A stretch of 52,434 nucleotides of DNA from Bacteroidales bacterium (GTDB lineage: Bacteria > Bacteroidota > Bacteroidia > Bacteroidales > ML635J-15), in contig JALOAQ010000002.1 in the NCBI GenBank assembly GCA_023228725.1, forward strand, positions 1 to 52,434. The letters run 5' to 3'. Each line of letters opens with the position of its first letter. Positions within the stretch are counted from its first letter, which is position 1. Below, in pieces: positions 19,301 to 29,000 of the stretch. Made by a program: the position numbers and the translations under genes. Below the pieces are notes generated by a model. That model saw nothing but the letters and a program-made list of their open reading frames with translations, ran no database searches and was not told the origin of the DNA.

Positions 19301-19788
19301 TACCAAACAGTTTCTATATATCTGTTATCATAAGTGATATAAGGATTTTCCATATCCACCCAATATCCCATTTGCTCAGTAAGTTTTTCCCACAAATCGG
19401 TATATTTCATCACTTCTTTACGGCAAGTATTATTGTATTCTTTAACAGAAATTGTTTTGCCAATATTTTCTTTAGTAATTCCTAAAGTTTTTTCAACACT
19501 AAGTTCAACTGGCAAACCATGTGTATCCCAACCAGCTTTACGGTCAACGCGATAAGAAGTTAAAGTTTTATAGCGACAAACCACATCTTTTATAGCACGT
19601 GCCATAACGTGGTGAATACCGGGAGTTCCATTTGCAGAAGGCGGACCTTCAAAAAATATAAAAGCTTTATTATCTTTACGGGTTTCCAAACTTTTTTCAA
19701 AAGTCTTTTCTTTTTTCCATAATTCTTGTATTTCAAGGTTTATGGCTGCCAAGTCAAGTTGCTTATATTCAGTGAATTTCTTATTCAT
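16360..19788 (-). CDS. ileS: Isoleucine--tRNA ligase (long type-2 form)
   Basis: Class I signatures PPSANGTPGIHHVMAR (HIGH) and KMSKRLGN (KMSKS), CP1 editing domain. 1142 aa. Confidence 0.95.
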   Translation of the reverse strand: MNKKFTEYKQLDLAAINLEIQELWKKEKTFEKSLETRKDNKAFIFFEGPPSANGTPGIHHVMARAIKDVVCRYKTLTSYRVDRKAGWDTHGLPVELSVEKTLGITKENIGKTISVKEYNNTCRKEVMKYTDLWEKLTEQMGYWVDMENPYITYDNRYIETVWYLLKKLFDKNLLYKGYTIQPYSPAAGTGLSTHELNQPGCYKDVKDTTIVALFSVIRNEFSEKFFSKENENLHILAWTTTPWTLPSNTALAVGPEIKYVKINTFNPYSGNPISLIVCKDRVSAYFKSEAQNLDFQSFKLGDKNIPWKIEQEYSGKDLVGIVYEQLIDWVKPKTPAFKLIAGDYVTTEDGTGIVHIAPTFGADDARVAKAAGIPALILEDKDGNICPMVDKQGKFFKIEDLQPKFVENFVNTESYKNFAGKFVKNEYDDNANPDSSTDVEIAVMLKIQDKAFKIEKYTHNYPHCWRTDKPILYYPMDSWFIKTTEVKDRMIELNKTINWKPASTGEGRFGKWLENLVDWNLSRSRYWGTPLPIWSTEDGSERKCIGSVKELIEEIEISVKNGFMSANLWKGFVPGDYSKENYEKIDLHRPDVDEIVLVSSNGKKMFREPDLIDVWFDSGAMPYAQWHWPFENKENFENLFPADFIAEGVDQTRGWFFTLHAISTMISDQVAFKNIISNGLVLDKEGNKMSKRLGNAVDPFLAMDEYGADAVRWYMITNSQAWDNLKFDISGVDEVKRKFFGTIYNTYNFFALYANIDNFKNLDKEIEFDKRPELDKWILSLLNSLIKEIANAYENYENTKAGRLIQDFVIDHLSNWYVRLGRKRYWGGEYNEDKISAYQTLYTCLLTISKLASPIAPFYMDKLYRDLVSVNDNEKYTSVHLAYFPEVNENFIDKELEERMEMAQSISSMILSLRRKANFKVRQPLQKIMMPIISNNFVEQIEKVEQIIKTETNIKEIEFLSDDSDVLVKKIKANFKVLGPKYGKIMKQVAAKISEMSQKDIAEFERLNSFSFAIENQEVNLSLEDVEIISEDIPGWLVANEGKITLALDINLSSELIEEGIAREFVNRIQNLRKESGFDVVDKINIFIQSHPELNTAITKFDKYICSQTLADTINIVDKMEQNNNISVKINNFDTLLCVNKV

Positions 19789-19810
19789 CTATTATTAAAT
19801 TTTAAAGTCG

Positions 19811-19818
19811 CAAATATA
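19811..19818 (-). promoter_or_regulatory. -7 promoter box TATATTTG (minus strand) for ileS
   Basis: The reverse complement of CAAATATA matches TAnnTTTG, about 22 nt upstream of the ileS ATG. Confidence 0.45.
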
Positions 19819-19979
19819 TATTTATACTACAAAATTTCCAAATATAAAAAAAAGTCTGTGTTTTCTTTGTCTAATGTCAAATTTACATAAAATATTAAAA
19901 AAAAATACACTTAAAGAAGTTTTGTATAAATTAATGTATTAACTTTGTAAAAAATTAAACAAACTAAAATAATTATATC

Positions 19980-21251
19980 ATGAAAACAATTAAGATTTTC
20001 TTTTTATCAAGTCTTTTGATATTAGTTTTAAACTATACAAGTAAAGCACAAAATCCTCATTATTCTGATTATTGGAAAAATCTTAGCGGCGAATTAAATC
20101 AAAACCAAGAAGCTGATATTGTTCCGGAAATTATTATTGAAGGAAATACAATTCACGTGATTTGGTTAGAATATAAAAGTTCAGTAACAGCAAATTTATG
20201 GTATTGCCACTCAAACGATTTAGGAATAACATGGGATGAAGCTCAAAAACTTTTTGAATTTGATGATAAGTCTGGTAATCTCGGTATGATAAATGCTTTT
20301 TCGAAAATTATGTCAGTAAATGGGAGTACAGTAAATTTGAGTTTTAGCGACTACTTTTATTATGAAAATGGTATAGGAAAGCTTTATTTTATTCAGTCAA
20401 ATGATGGTGGAAATACTTTTTCTTCTCCCATTGTTTTAGATGATACTGGTGGTGGTTATAAAAAAATAACTCGTACACAAATTTGCAATTTCGGAAATAA
20501 AATTGTAATTGCTTACGAAAAGGCAACAACTAATATGGGCAATTATAATATTAAATTAAACTTTTCTGAAGATAATGGAATAAGTTTTACTGACACTATT
20601 ATTGTTCCTGCTAGTGAAAATCACACTTTAAGAAATTTGAATTATGAAGGAGATAATTTTATAGTTTTAACACAATTTACTGGAGGCAGTTATGCCTATC
20701 CTCAAAAAGTATTCGCTACAGTTGTTAGCGAAGATTTCGAAAATATTAATACCTCAAAAATAAGTGTAGTAATTGAAGGAAGAGAAGAAGCTAACATAGA
20801 TACTCAAGATGTAGATGATTTTGAATATAGACCTGCGATAGCAAAAATTGATAATAATATACATATAGTTTTCCGTAATAAAACGCAGATTGAGGGTGAA
20901 GGAACAAAGTATTATGTTAGTTATGTAAGGTCTGTTGATAACGGAAATAGCTTTGAAGAACAAAGGCATATTGCTGAAGCTTATAACCCATCGCCGGTAG
21001 TTTTAGCAAAAAATAATAATGTTTATATTGGTTTTAGGGATAACGAAAAATTTCGCTTAATAAGTTCTACTGACGGAGGAAATACATTTGGAGAAGTTAA
21101 CACAAGTTTAGATAGTGTTTTAGGAGGTCTTTCTACTGTATCAAAAAAGTTTAATATGTTTTTAGATCCTTTAGACGAAACAGGATCAAAACTATATGTT
21201 GTGGGAAATAATCATAGTTTGCAAAATTTACAGAAAATGGAACAAAATTAA
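19980..21251 (+). CDS. Fragment 1: signal peptide plus BNR/Asp-box (sialidase-fold) repeat domain
   Basis: Signal peptide MKTIKIFFLSSLLILVLNYTSKAQ. Asp-box repeats SNDLGITW, SNDGGNTF, SEDNGISF, SVDNGNSF and STDGGNTF. Confidence 0.7.
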   Translation: MKTIKIFFLSSLLILVLNYTSKAQNPHYSDYWKNLSGELNQNQEADIVPEIIIEGNTIHVIWLEYKSSVTANLWYCHSNDLGITWDEAQKLFEFDDKSGNLGMINAFSKIMSVNGSTVNLSFSDYFYYENGIGKLYFIQSNDGGNTFSSPIVLDDTGGGYKKITRTQICNFGNKIVIAYEKATTNMGNYNIKLNFSEDNGISFTDTIIVPASENHTLRNLNYEGDNFIVLTQFTGGSYAYPQKVFATVVSEDFENINTSKISVVIEGREEANIDTQDVDDFEYRPAIAKIDNNIHIVFRNKTQIEGEGTKYYVSYVRSVDNGNSFEEQRHIAEAYNPSPVVLAKNNNVYIGFRDNEKFRLISSTDGGNTFGEVNTSLDSVLGGLSTVSKKFNMFLDPLDETGSKLYVVGNNHSLQNLQKMEQN

Positions 21252-21340
21252 GCGAATTTACAGGTTTTACAATTCCAGTATCTTATAATGATTTAAAAAC
21301 TAGTGTTGTTATTGATAATCAAGGCATTAAACATTGGTTT

Positions 21341-21943
21341 ATGCAATATAAACCCAAAAATGGAACAGATTTAGATTTATATTATCACCACCAAGGTAGA
21401 GAAGCTGAACCAAGTGAAACAAATAAAGTTTTTGAAGCATCTAAACTTGAAGGGCAAAGTTTTCCGCCCATGTTAATTGTTCCGCATTCAGAATCTCTTG
21501 AGTTTACAAATAAAATAAGTGTTGAGCTAATGCTTAAACTCAATCCAGATTTCTCTTCTCCTTCAGACGCTCATTTACTTTTTACCAGCAATAGTAGTAA
21601 ATATTATTATTATAACTCTGTTTCGGGTTATCAAATAGGTTATAGAAGAAATAGCAATAATGAATTTTCAATAAACACAGGAATAAATACTGAGTTAGGC
21701 GATTTTTATAGCACAACAAGTTATTTTTTAAAAGATACATTATGGCATCATATAGTTTTTACTTATGACGAAGATGCAGAAACTAATAATTTTATAACTT
21801 ATGTTGACGGAATTATTAAAGCAAAACAAACAGTAACAGGTAAAATTGATGCAGGCCAAGGAATGATTCACTTAGGTTTACAGAACTCTTTTACTAGTGA
21901 TTATTACAATAGATTTTGCCAGATTGATAATGTTAGAGTTTGA
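21341..21943 (+). CDS. Fragment 2: LamG/concanavalin-A-like lectin domain (frame open from 21218)
   Basis: WHHIVFTYD...YVDG...IDNVRV followed by TGA. No signal peptide of its own. Confidence 0.6.
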   Translation: MQYKPKNGTDLDLYYHHQGREAEPSETNKVFEASKLEGQSFPPMLIVPHSESLEFTNKISVELMLKLNPDFSSPSDAHLLFTSNSSKYYYYNSVSGYQIGYRRNSNNEFSINTGINTELGDFYSTTSYFLKDTLWHHIVFTYDEDAETNNFITYVDGIIKAKQTVTGKIDAGQGMIHLGLQNSFTSDYYNRFCQIDNVRV

Positions 21944-22138
21944 GATAAAGCATTAAGTGGAAACGAAATTCGCGAAAACCTTGCTCGTACAGATTTTTCA
22001 AATGAAGAAAATTTAAAACTATTCTTAAATTTTAATGATAGTTTTAAAGACATTTCAGGAAATAACAATGACGCAGTTCCAATAAATAATGTTAAAACTG
22101 CTGAAACCATATTTGACCCACCTACAGCTAATTTTGAA

Positions 22139-24499
22139 ATGTATAAAAATTTGAATACGCTTAGTTTTATAAATAAAACAATTAAGGGCAATTCTTATTT
22201 GTGGGATTTTGGAAACACAGCAACAAGTAATTTAGATAATCCTATTTATCAATATTCAAACCCCGGCGAATACGATATATATTTACTTGCAAAAAACGAA
22301 AATTCTGTAAGCTCATGTATGCAACACGCTTCTATTGAAGGCTTGGACAGGATTTATCCTACAAAAACAGGAAATATAGGACAAATAATTTTAGATATTT
22401 ACGGAGGTTCTTTAACAAGTGAAAATACTCAACTAATTTTAAGAAAAGAAGGACAAGAAGATATAATTGCTCATGAGTTTAGTTTGAAAAATGAAGGTAA
22501 TTTACAAGCAAATTTTAAACTTGACAATGTAGCAATAGGAAAATGGGATGTAGTGGTTGTTAAAGATGGTTTAGAATCTAGTTTAGCAGAAGCTTTAGAT
22601 ATTGAAGAGGTAAATTACGGAAAAAATTGGGCTAAAATTTATGGAAGGGGCTTTATTATGCCTAATAAATGGCAAACTTTTCAAATTAGTTATGGAAATA
22701 CAAGTAATGTTGATTCTTACTCCGTTCCATTGTGGCTTTGTATAGCAGAGGAATCACTTTTGGATATTGCGTTTTTAGATTTTGAAATTGTAAGTCCTGA
22801 TAATTTTGAAACACTTCCTGATTTTGAAACATTAAATGCTTTTGATGATTATTTTATTACAGATTCTGTAAATGGAAAAGAAATGCAGGCAAGAGTATAT
22901 CCTATTCTTATTCCTGTAGTTAGAGCAAATTCCACAAATACAATAAGTTTACGTTTTAAAGCCAGTGATAAGTTAGATATTGCTACTTATGTTGATAAAG
23001 CTTGGCTAAGTGCAGAAAATATGATGGAAAGTGAAGCTAAAGTAAGTATAGGAGAAGCTGCAGGCTGTGTTACAGAACTATTAGGTCGTGGAATTATTGA
23101 TGCCGCAACAAACACTATACCTTTAGCCGGTTGTGTTTGGCAAGGAATGCAAGCATCTTATGATACTTATCAATATGCTGTAAATGGAAAAGGAAGTTTT
23201 TGGGGAACTGCTAAAAATGTAGGTTTTAATGCTTTAAATTGTGGCACAAGTTTATTAGGAGACCTAGCTTTTCCAGTAAAATGGGGATTGGCAGTCATAA
23301 ACTTTGTAAATACAGCCTACGACATGAAAAATTGCTGGGAACCAAGAGATGAAAATAAAAGGCGACTTTTAACTATTGAAGCTATGGACCCAAACGAAAT
23401 GGTTGGACCTAGTGGCTACGATGATGTAAATTGGATACAAACAATGGAAAAAATACCTTACACTATTTATTTTGAAAATATGAGTACAGCAACTGCACCA
23501 GCTCATGATGTGTTTATTACTGATACTTTAGATGCTAATGTATTTGATTTTTCATATTTTAGTTTTGGTGATTTTGGCTGGGGTGGTAAATTTTTTCAAC
23601 AAGAACAAGAAGGAGCTAGAGAATTTTCTCAAGATATAGATTTACGACCAGAAATTGAATTAATTTTACGTGTTGCAGGAAAATTTGAAGAAGAAAGCGG
23701 AGCTGTGCATTTTGAATTTATTTCTTTAAATCCTGAAACTATGGCCGAAGAAGAAGACGCGTTAATAGGGTTTTTACCTCCTAATGGCGAATTTGGTGAA
23801 GGTGAAGGTTTTGTTGAGTTTGTAGTAGGTGTAAAACCAGATTTAAGTACAGGAACAGAAATTCAAAATAAAGCAAGCATAATTTTTGATACAAATGCCG
23901 CAATAGAAACAAACGAATATATAAATACTATTGATGATGAAATTCCTGAAAGTAGCGTACATTCTGTAAATCTTTTAGATGACGATTCTCTTCTAATTTC
24001 TTGGGAGGGTTTTGACCAAGGTTCCGGTATAGCTGAATATTCTGTTTTTATGCAATTTAATGATGAGGAAATTAGGCCTTTAAAACTTATAACTACAGAA
24101 ACTTCAACAATATTTAAACCAAGCGAAAGTGGAACTTATAAGTTTTATAGTATAGCAAGCGATAATGCTTATAATAAAGAAAATGAATTTAAAGATTTTG
24201 ATTTAACTTATGATTTTAATGGAAGTAAAACTTATAAAGCTGAAAATAATTCTATTCAAATAAGTCCAAACCCAGCAAATGATTTTGTTTTTATAAAATT
24301 AGAAAATAAAGAATGGAGAGGAACTTATAATCTTGAACTTATACGTAATGACGGCAAAATTTTTATGAGCAAAACCCTTAAAAGCGAAAATTTAAACGAA
24401 GGATACAAATTAGATATAAAAGATTTATCAAGTGGAATTTATATGATTAGAGTATTTGATTCTGAAAACTATTATTTGGATAAAATTGTAGTGGAATAG
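22139..24499 (+). CDS. Fragment 3: PKD domain, conserved adhesin core and T9SS C-terminal sorting domain (frame open from 21944)
   Basis: PKD motif WDFGNTATS...YQYSNPGEYDIYL. MDPNEMVGPSGY...YTIYFENMSTATAPAHDVFITDTLD core. C-terminal ISPNPANDFVFIKLE...GIYMIRVFD sorting domain. Confidence 0.7.
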   Translation: MYKNLNTLSFINKTIKGNSYLWDFGNTATSNLDNPIYQYSNPGEYDIYLLAKNENSVSSCMQHASIEGLDRIYPTKTGNIGQIILDIYGGSLTSENTQLILRKEGQEDIIAHEFSLKNEGNLQANFKLDNVAIGKWDVVVVKDGLESSLAEALDIEEVNYGKNWAKIYGRGFIMPNKWQTFQISYGNTSNVDSYSVPLWLCIAEESLLDIAFLDFEIVSPDNFETLPDFETLNAFDDYFITDSVNGKEMQARVYPILIPVVRANSTNTISLRFKASDKLDIATYVDKAWLSAENMMESEAKVSIGEAAGCVTELLGRGIIDAATNTIPLAGCVWQGMQASYDTYQYAVNGKGSFWGTAKNVGFNALNCGTSLLGDLAFPVKWGLAVINFVNTAYDMKNCWEPRDENKRRLLTIEAMDPNEMVGPSGYDDVNWIQTMEKIPYTIYFENMSTATAPAHDVFITDTLDANVFDFSYFSFGDFGWGGKFFQQEQEGAREFSQDIDLRPEIELILRVAGKFEEESGAVHFEFISLNPETMAEEEDALIGFLPPNGEFGEGEGFVEFVVGVKPDLSTGTEIQNKASIIFDTNAAIETNEYINTIDDEIPESSVHSVNLLDDDSLLISWEGFDQGSGIAEYSVFMQFNDEEIRPLKLITTETSTIFKPSESGTYKFYSIASDNAYNKENEFKDFDLTYDFNGSKTYKAENNSIQISPNPANDFVFIKLENKEWRGTYNLELIRNDGKIFMSKTLKSENLNEGYKLDIKDLSSGIYMIRVFDSENYYLDKIVVE

Positions 24500-24533
24500 T
24501 TTAAATTTGTAAACAATTTGTTTTTACAAAAAT

Positions 24534-25133
24534 TTATTTCTTTTTCTTATTTTGATAATTATCCACATTATCAGCTAATCTTTTTAAATAGGATATTATG
24601 TCCTCATCTTCTTGCATAGGCTTAGTTTGAATAGCAATTTCAAAATTATCAAGTAAAGAATTGTATTTTTCAAATTGTTTTTGCAAAATTGATACATCAT
24701 TAGTTTCCCAATAATTGCTTTCGTCTATCATTTTAAAATTTTCAAAATATTTCTCATTTAAATACCTGAAAAATAAAATAATTAATTGATGAACTTTTAC
24801 ACCTGCAAATTGTGTTTTAACGGAAACAGAATAAATCCAAGCCTTTTCATTTTCATTTTGAGAGTTTTTCCAAAATTCTAAACTTATTGGAGATATCATT
24901 TTAGCATTTGACAAAAAACAAACCGAAATAGTTTCACAATCTGGAGGCGTAAAAATTATTCCATAAATATTGTCAAAAGAAGTTTCATCAATAAATTTAT
25001 CGTCTTTAAATTTCGTTTCAAATAAATTATACTTCCATTTTTGAACTTTACAAAATTCAGTAATTTCATCTATTAAACTAGGTAAACTACTTGCTTTTCT
25101 TAAATTTCCACTGTAATGAATACTAAGTCCCAT
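24534..25133 (-). CDS. Hypothetical cytoplasmic protein, no recognisable family
   Basis: Uninterrupted 199-aa ORF with an ATG start, divergent from the downstream cassette. No motif recognised. Confidence 0.4.
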   Translation of the reverse strand: MGLSIHYSGNLRKASSLPSLIDEITEFCKVQKWKYNLFETKFKDDKFIDETSFDNIYGIIFTPPDCETISVCFLSNAKMISPISLEFWKNSQNENEKAWIYSVSVKTQFAGVKVHQLIILFFRYLNEKYFENFKMIDESNYWETNDVSILQKQFEKYNSLLDNFEIAIQTKPMQEDEDIISYLKRLADNVDNYQNKKKK

Positions 25134-25207
25134 AAGAATAAATTGATATTTTCTTCAAAATTAAAAATAAATTTTTGAAAACCTTCTCTTTATGTTGATA
25201 ATTGTTT

Positions 25208-25215
25208 TATTTTTG
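25208..25215 (+). promoter_or_regulatory. -7 promoter box TATTTTTG for the 25268-29064 cassette
   Basis: Exact TAnnTTTG match about 50 nt upstream of the ATG at 25268. Confidence 0.4.
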
Positions 25216-25267
25216 CTATTTAAACTTGTTTTTCTATAATTTATATGTTTATAATAAAACCTAACAG

Positions 25268-26032
25268 ATGAAAAAAATAGTTTTTTTGTTTTTCTTACTA
25301 ATAACAAGCCTTTGCTTTTCGCAACAAGTAATTAGAGGCTATAGTGTTTCTTATTCTTATGGTCTTTTAAGTTATAATGATGATAGTCTTACAATAAAGT
25401 TTAATGCTGAATCATATTTAGCTAAAGCACGTCAAGCTATAGGACATAATATAAATTTTGGTTTTCCTTTTGATTTTGGTTATAAAAGACATAGACTTAC
25501 ATTAACTCCAGGATTTGAAATTTCAACGGCTGATTATTACTTAAATATTAATCCAGAAATTCCAATATATGGTAATTATAGCGACAGTTTAAAATTATCT
25601 TCTTTAATGATTAATCCGTTTGTGGGTGCTATGTATAAATATCATTTTTATATTTCAAAATTACATTTAGCCTTAGGTATTGGAGCAGATTTTAAATATA
25701 CTATAAATAATACTATTGTAATTAAAGACCATAATAAATCAGATTTTTTAGAATATACAGATTTAATTGAAGAAAATGAGGATGGAATTATTTTTTCAGC
25801 TAATAGCTTATTTTCAAATCTTAATGAAATTAGTTTTCAAATATGCCCAAAATTTGGCTTAGATATTTATCCTACAAAATTTTTAGTTAGCCATTTGTTT
25901 TTAAGTATTTCACCCCTTACAACATATGCAGATACACCAAAAATAAGAGCTTATGCTGGTTTTGGTTTAAGTTATTTAATTCCTTTTAAAAGAGAAAACG
26001 AAACAAAATTTTTACAATATTATAAAAAATAA
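25268..26032 (+). CDS. Secreted protein, possible outer-membrane beta-barrel, hypothetical
   Basis: Signal peptide MKKIVFLFFLLITSLCFSQ and alternating beta-strand-like pattern rich in Y/F/G. An 8-nt gap separates it from the next gene. Confidence 0.4.
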   Translation: MKKIVFLFFLLITSLCFSQQVIRGYSVSYSYGLLSYNDDSLTIKFNAESYLAKARQAIGHNINFGFPFDFGYKRHRLTLTPGFEISTADYYLNINPEIPIYGNYSDSLKLSSLMINPFVGAMYKYHFYISKLHLALGIGADFKYTINNTIVIKDHNKSDFLEYTDLIEENEDGIIFSANSLFSNLNEISFQICPKFGLDIYPTKFLVSHLFLSISPLTTYADTPKIRAYAGFGLSYLIPFKRENETKFLQYYKK

Positions 26033-26040
26033 TAAAAGCT

Positions 26041-29000
26041 ATGAAAAAAATAATTTATATAATATTATTAGTATTGCTAAGTAGTTTTAATTTAAAATCT
26101 CAAACAATTATTCCTGTAGTTCAAGCAGGGCATTCTGGAGATGTTTTATTTGTTGAATGGGATCCAAGTTCAAGGTATTTAGCAAGTATTGATTCTAACA
26201 ACGAATTAGTAATAAACGATTTAATATCCGGCAAGTTATTTTATTCCATTAAAGTACAAAGCAACGAAAATTTAATTGCTTTAAATTTCAAAAGCGAAAG
26301 AAATTTATATATTTATACTCAAACTGAAGTTTATCGTTTTGATATGCTTGATTTAAAATTAGAAAAATCTGATGGCCAATATTCTATTAGACCAAAAACC
26401 GATGATTTACAAATTAAAGGACCAAGAATTAAAAAAGGAAAATATACCTTGTATAATCGCGACACATATACAGATTTTACATACTCTACAATATCAAAAG
26501 ATGAAAATATTGTTGTTGCTGGTGATGAAAAAGGCGGTTTATATTTTTGTAATAAAAAATTAAAAATTAAAAATTACACAAAAGCTCATTTTGCAAATAT
26601 CAATCATCTTGCTTTTTCACCTAATAATAAATATTTAGCCGTAGCTTCTTCAGATAGATCAATATCAGTATGGCAAATTCCAAGTAATAATTTAGAAAAA
26701 CGTATAATACCACGTAGTTTTAATATTACCAGTTTAAAAAGTTTTAATGATAGTGATTTATTAGCTTTTGGAGACGAGCTTGGTTTTGTATATTTATTAA
26801 AATTTGAAAACGATAAAATTACTTGCGAAGGAATTAATGCTCATAATGGGAAAATTAACGATATTTGCTTTTCTCCAAATTCTCAAGTGATAGCTAGTGC
26901 AGGAAGTGATAATAAAGCTGCTATTGTAGATTTTGAGAATAAAAAAGTTTTACAATATTTTGCTTTACACCCGCAGGCAGCAAAAGCAAAACAAACTTTT
27001 AACGTAAAAGGAATACAAGAAAGAGCAAGTAATGAGGAAGTTAGAAAAAATTGGTTTGATGAAAATGTATATTCTGTTGCAATAAGCCCGGACGCTAATA
27101 ATATAGCGTATTCTGGTGGAAAATGGGGTGTAACAAATCCTGTATTAAAAGTTTCGTCAATATCTGGCTTAAAAATTAATTCGCCTAAAGAAGAAAGAAA
27201 ATCTAAAAAAATAAACCTAGGATTAAACTCTAAAACCAATAAACATATTTTCAAACAAATAATTTTTACAGATAATAAAGAATTTATTGGTTTAGGAGAA
27301 GAAAAAAATAATGCTGTCAAATTTAATCTGAATATCACCGGTTATAGTGAAAAAGAAAGTGATAAAACTGAAAATTTATTAAATACTGAAAATCAAAATA
27401 ATCTTTTAATTACAGAACTAAAAAGCTCAAAATCAGAAAATTCAAATTATCTTATTAAAAAAGATTATAGTAATGGAGATGTTTATACTTGTAAGGCTTA
27501 TGAGATTGAAAGAGAACATAATGGTAAAATAATAAAATTTTCGGGTCATAGAGGATATATAAATGATTTTGAAATTTTAAAAGATAAAGAATATTTAATT
27601 AGCTCAGCCGAAGATGCTTCTATGAATGTGTGGGATTTATCAACAGGAGAAATTTTAATAAGTATTTATGTTGTAGATATGGGTAAATTAATTTTTATAA
27701 GCCCTGATAATTATTATATGGCAACAGGGGATGCTTTAACAGGAATGGGATTTAATTTTGAAGGAAAAGTTTTTCCTGCCGAGCAATTTGACCTTAAATT
27801 TAACCGACCAGATTATATTTTAGAATCTTTTGGGTATTTTGATGAAGATATTATTGAAGTTTATCATAAAGCATATGAAAAACGTTTATCAAAGCTGGGT
27901 TTTACAGAAGAAATGTTGGAAGGAAAAATTGATTTACCCGAAATAAAAATTATTAACGCAAATGATATTAGCTTAAAAACAAATCAAGAAAAATGTAAAT
28001 TAAATATAGAAATGCTTGATTATAACTATATCTTAGATAGATTAAATATATATATAAATGATATTCCGATTTATGGCACTAAGGGACTTTCATTATTAGA
28101 TAAAAATTCAAAATTAATTTTAAAAGATGTAGAACTCACTTTATCCGAAGGTAATAATCATATTTATGTTTCTTGCCTTAATTCTAAAGGTGTAGAATCT
28201 TTAAAACAAGAAATAAATGTTTTTTACGATAAATTAAATAAAGAAAAACCAAATTTATATTTAATTTCATTAGCTGTCTCTGAATATGAGCAATCTCAAT
28301 ATAATTTAAGATATACTATAAATGATGGAAATGGTTTTATAAATCTTTTTAAAGACAGTAAATCTTTTAATAATGTAAATGTTTATTCACTTCATAATAA
28401 ATCTTGCACAAGAGAAAATGTTTTGGCCTTAAAAGATGAATTAATGAAAAGTAAAGTTGATGATTATGTTTATGTACATATTGCAGGACATGGTTTGTTA
28501 GATGATGACTTAGATTTTTATTTTGCAAGTGTTGATATTGATTTTGATAATCCTTCAATAAATGGTTTAAAATATGATGAAATAGAAGGAATTTTAGATG
28601 GTATTCCTGCACGAAATAAATTATTATTAATGGATGCTTGTCATTCCGGCGAAGTTGATAAAGATGATGATTTTGCCTATAACGAAAGCGATGGTAAAGA
28701 TACCCGCGGAGTAACAATGTTTACAAATAAAAATGAAAACAAACCAAAAACAGGTTTACAAAATTCTTTTGAATTAATGCGCTTATTATTTGCAGATTTG
28801 AAAAAAGGAACAGGAACAGTTGTTATTTCAGCAGCTTCAGGAAGTGGATATGCTTTAGAAATTGATAAAATTGAAAACGGTATTTTTACATATTGCTTAA
28901 TTAACGGAATTAAAAAAAGAAAAGCAGATAAAAATAAAGATAAAAATATAAGCGTTTCAGAACTAAGAAATCATATTTTTGAAGGTGTAAAAGAACTTAG

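Larger units (their letters stand above)
19980..24499 (+). pseudogene. Disrupted ~1500-aa T9SS-secreted surface protein (BNR/Asp-box propeller, LamG, PKD, conserved adhesin core, T9SS CTD), interrupted by one -1 frameshift and one in-frame TGA
   Basis: Three consecutive ORFs encode successive domains of one architecture. ORFs 2 and 3 share a frame and are separated only by the TGA at 21941-21943. ORF1 and the ORF2 frame overlap at 21218-21251, where a -1 shift gives a continuous reading. Confidence 0.55.

Noticed and set aside
21941-21943. Alternative genetic code (TGA = Trp, table 4) or selenocysteine suggested by a TGA at a conserved Trp position
   Set aside because: TGA clearly terminates other genes here, for example the ATGA stop-start overlaps at 8061-8064 and 9879-9882. 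Long genes such as ileS encode Trp with TGG and have no internal TGA. The family expects Trp rather than Cys/Sec at this position, and no SECIS-like hairpin follows. A point nonsense mutation is the simpler explanation.
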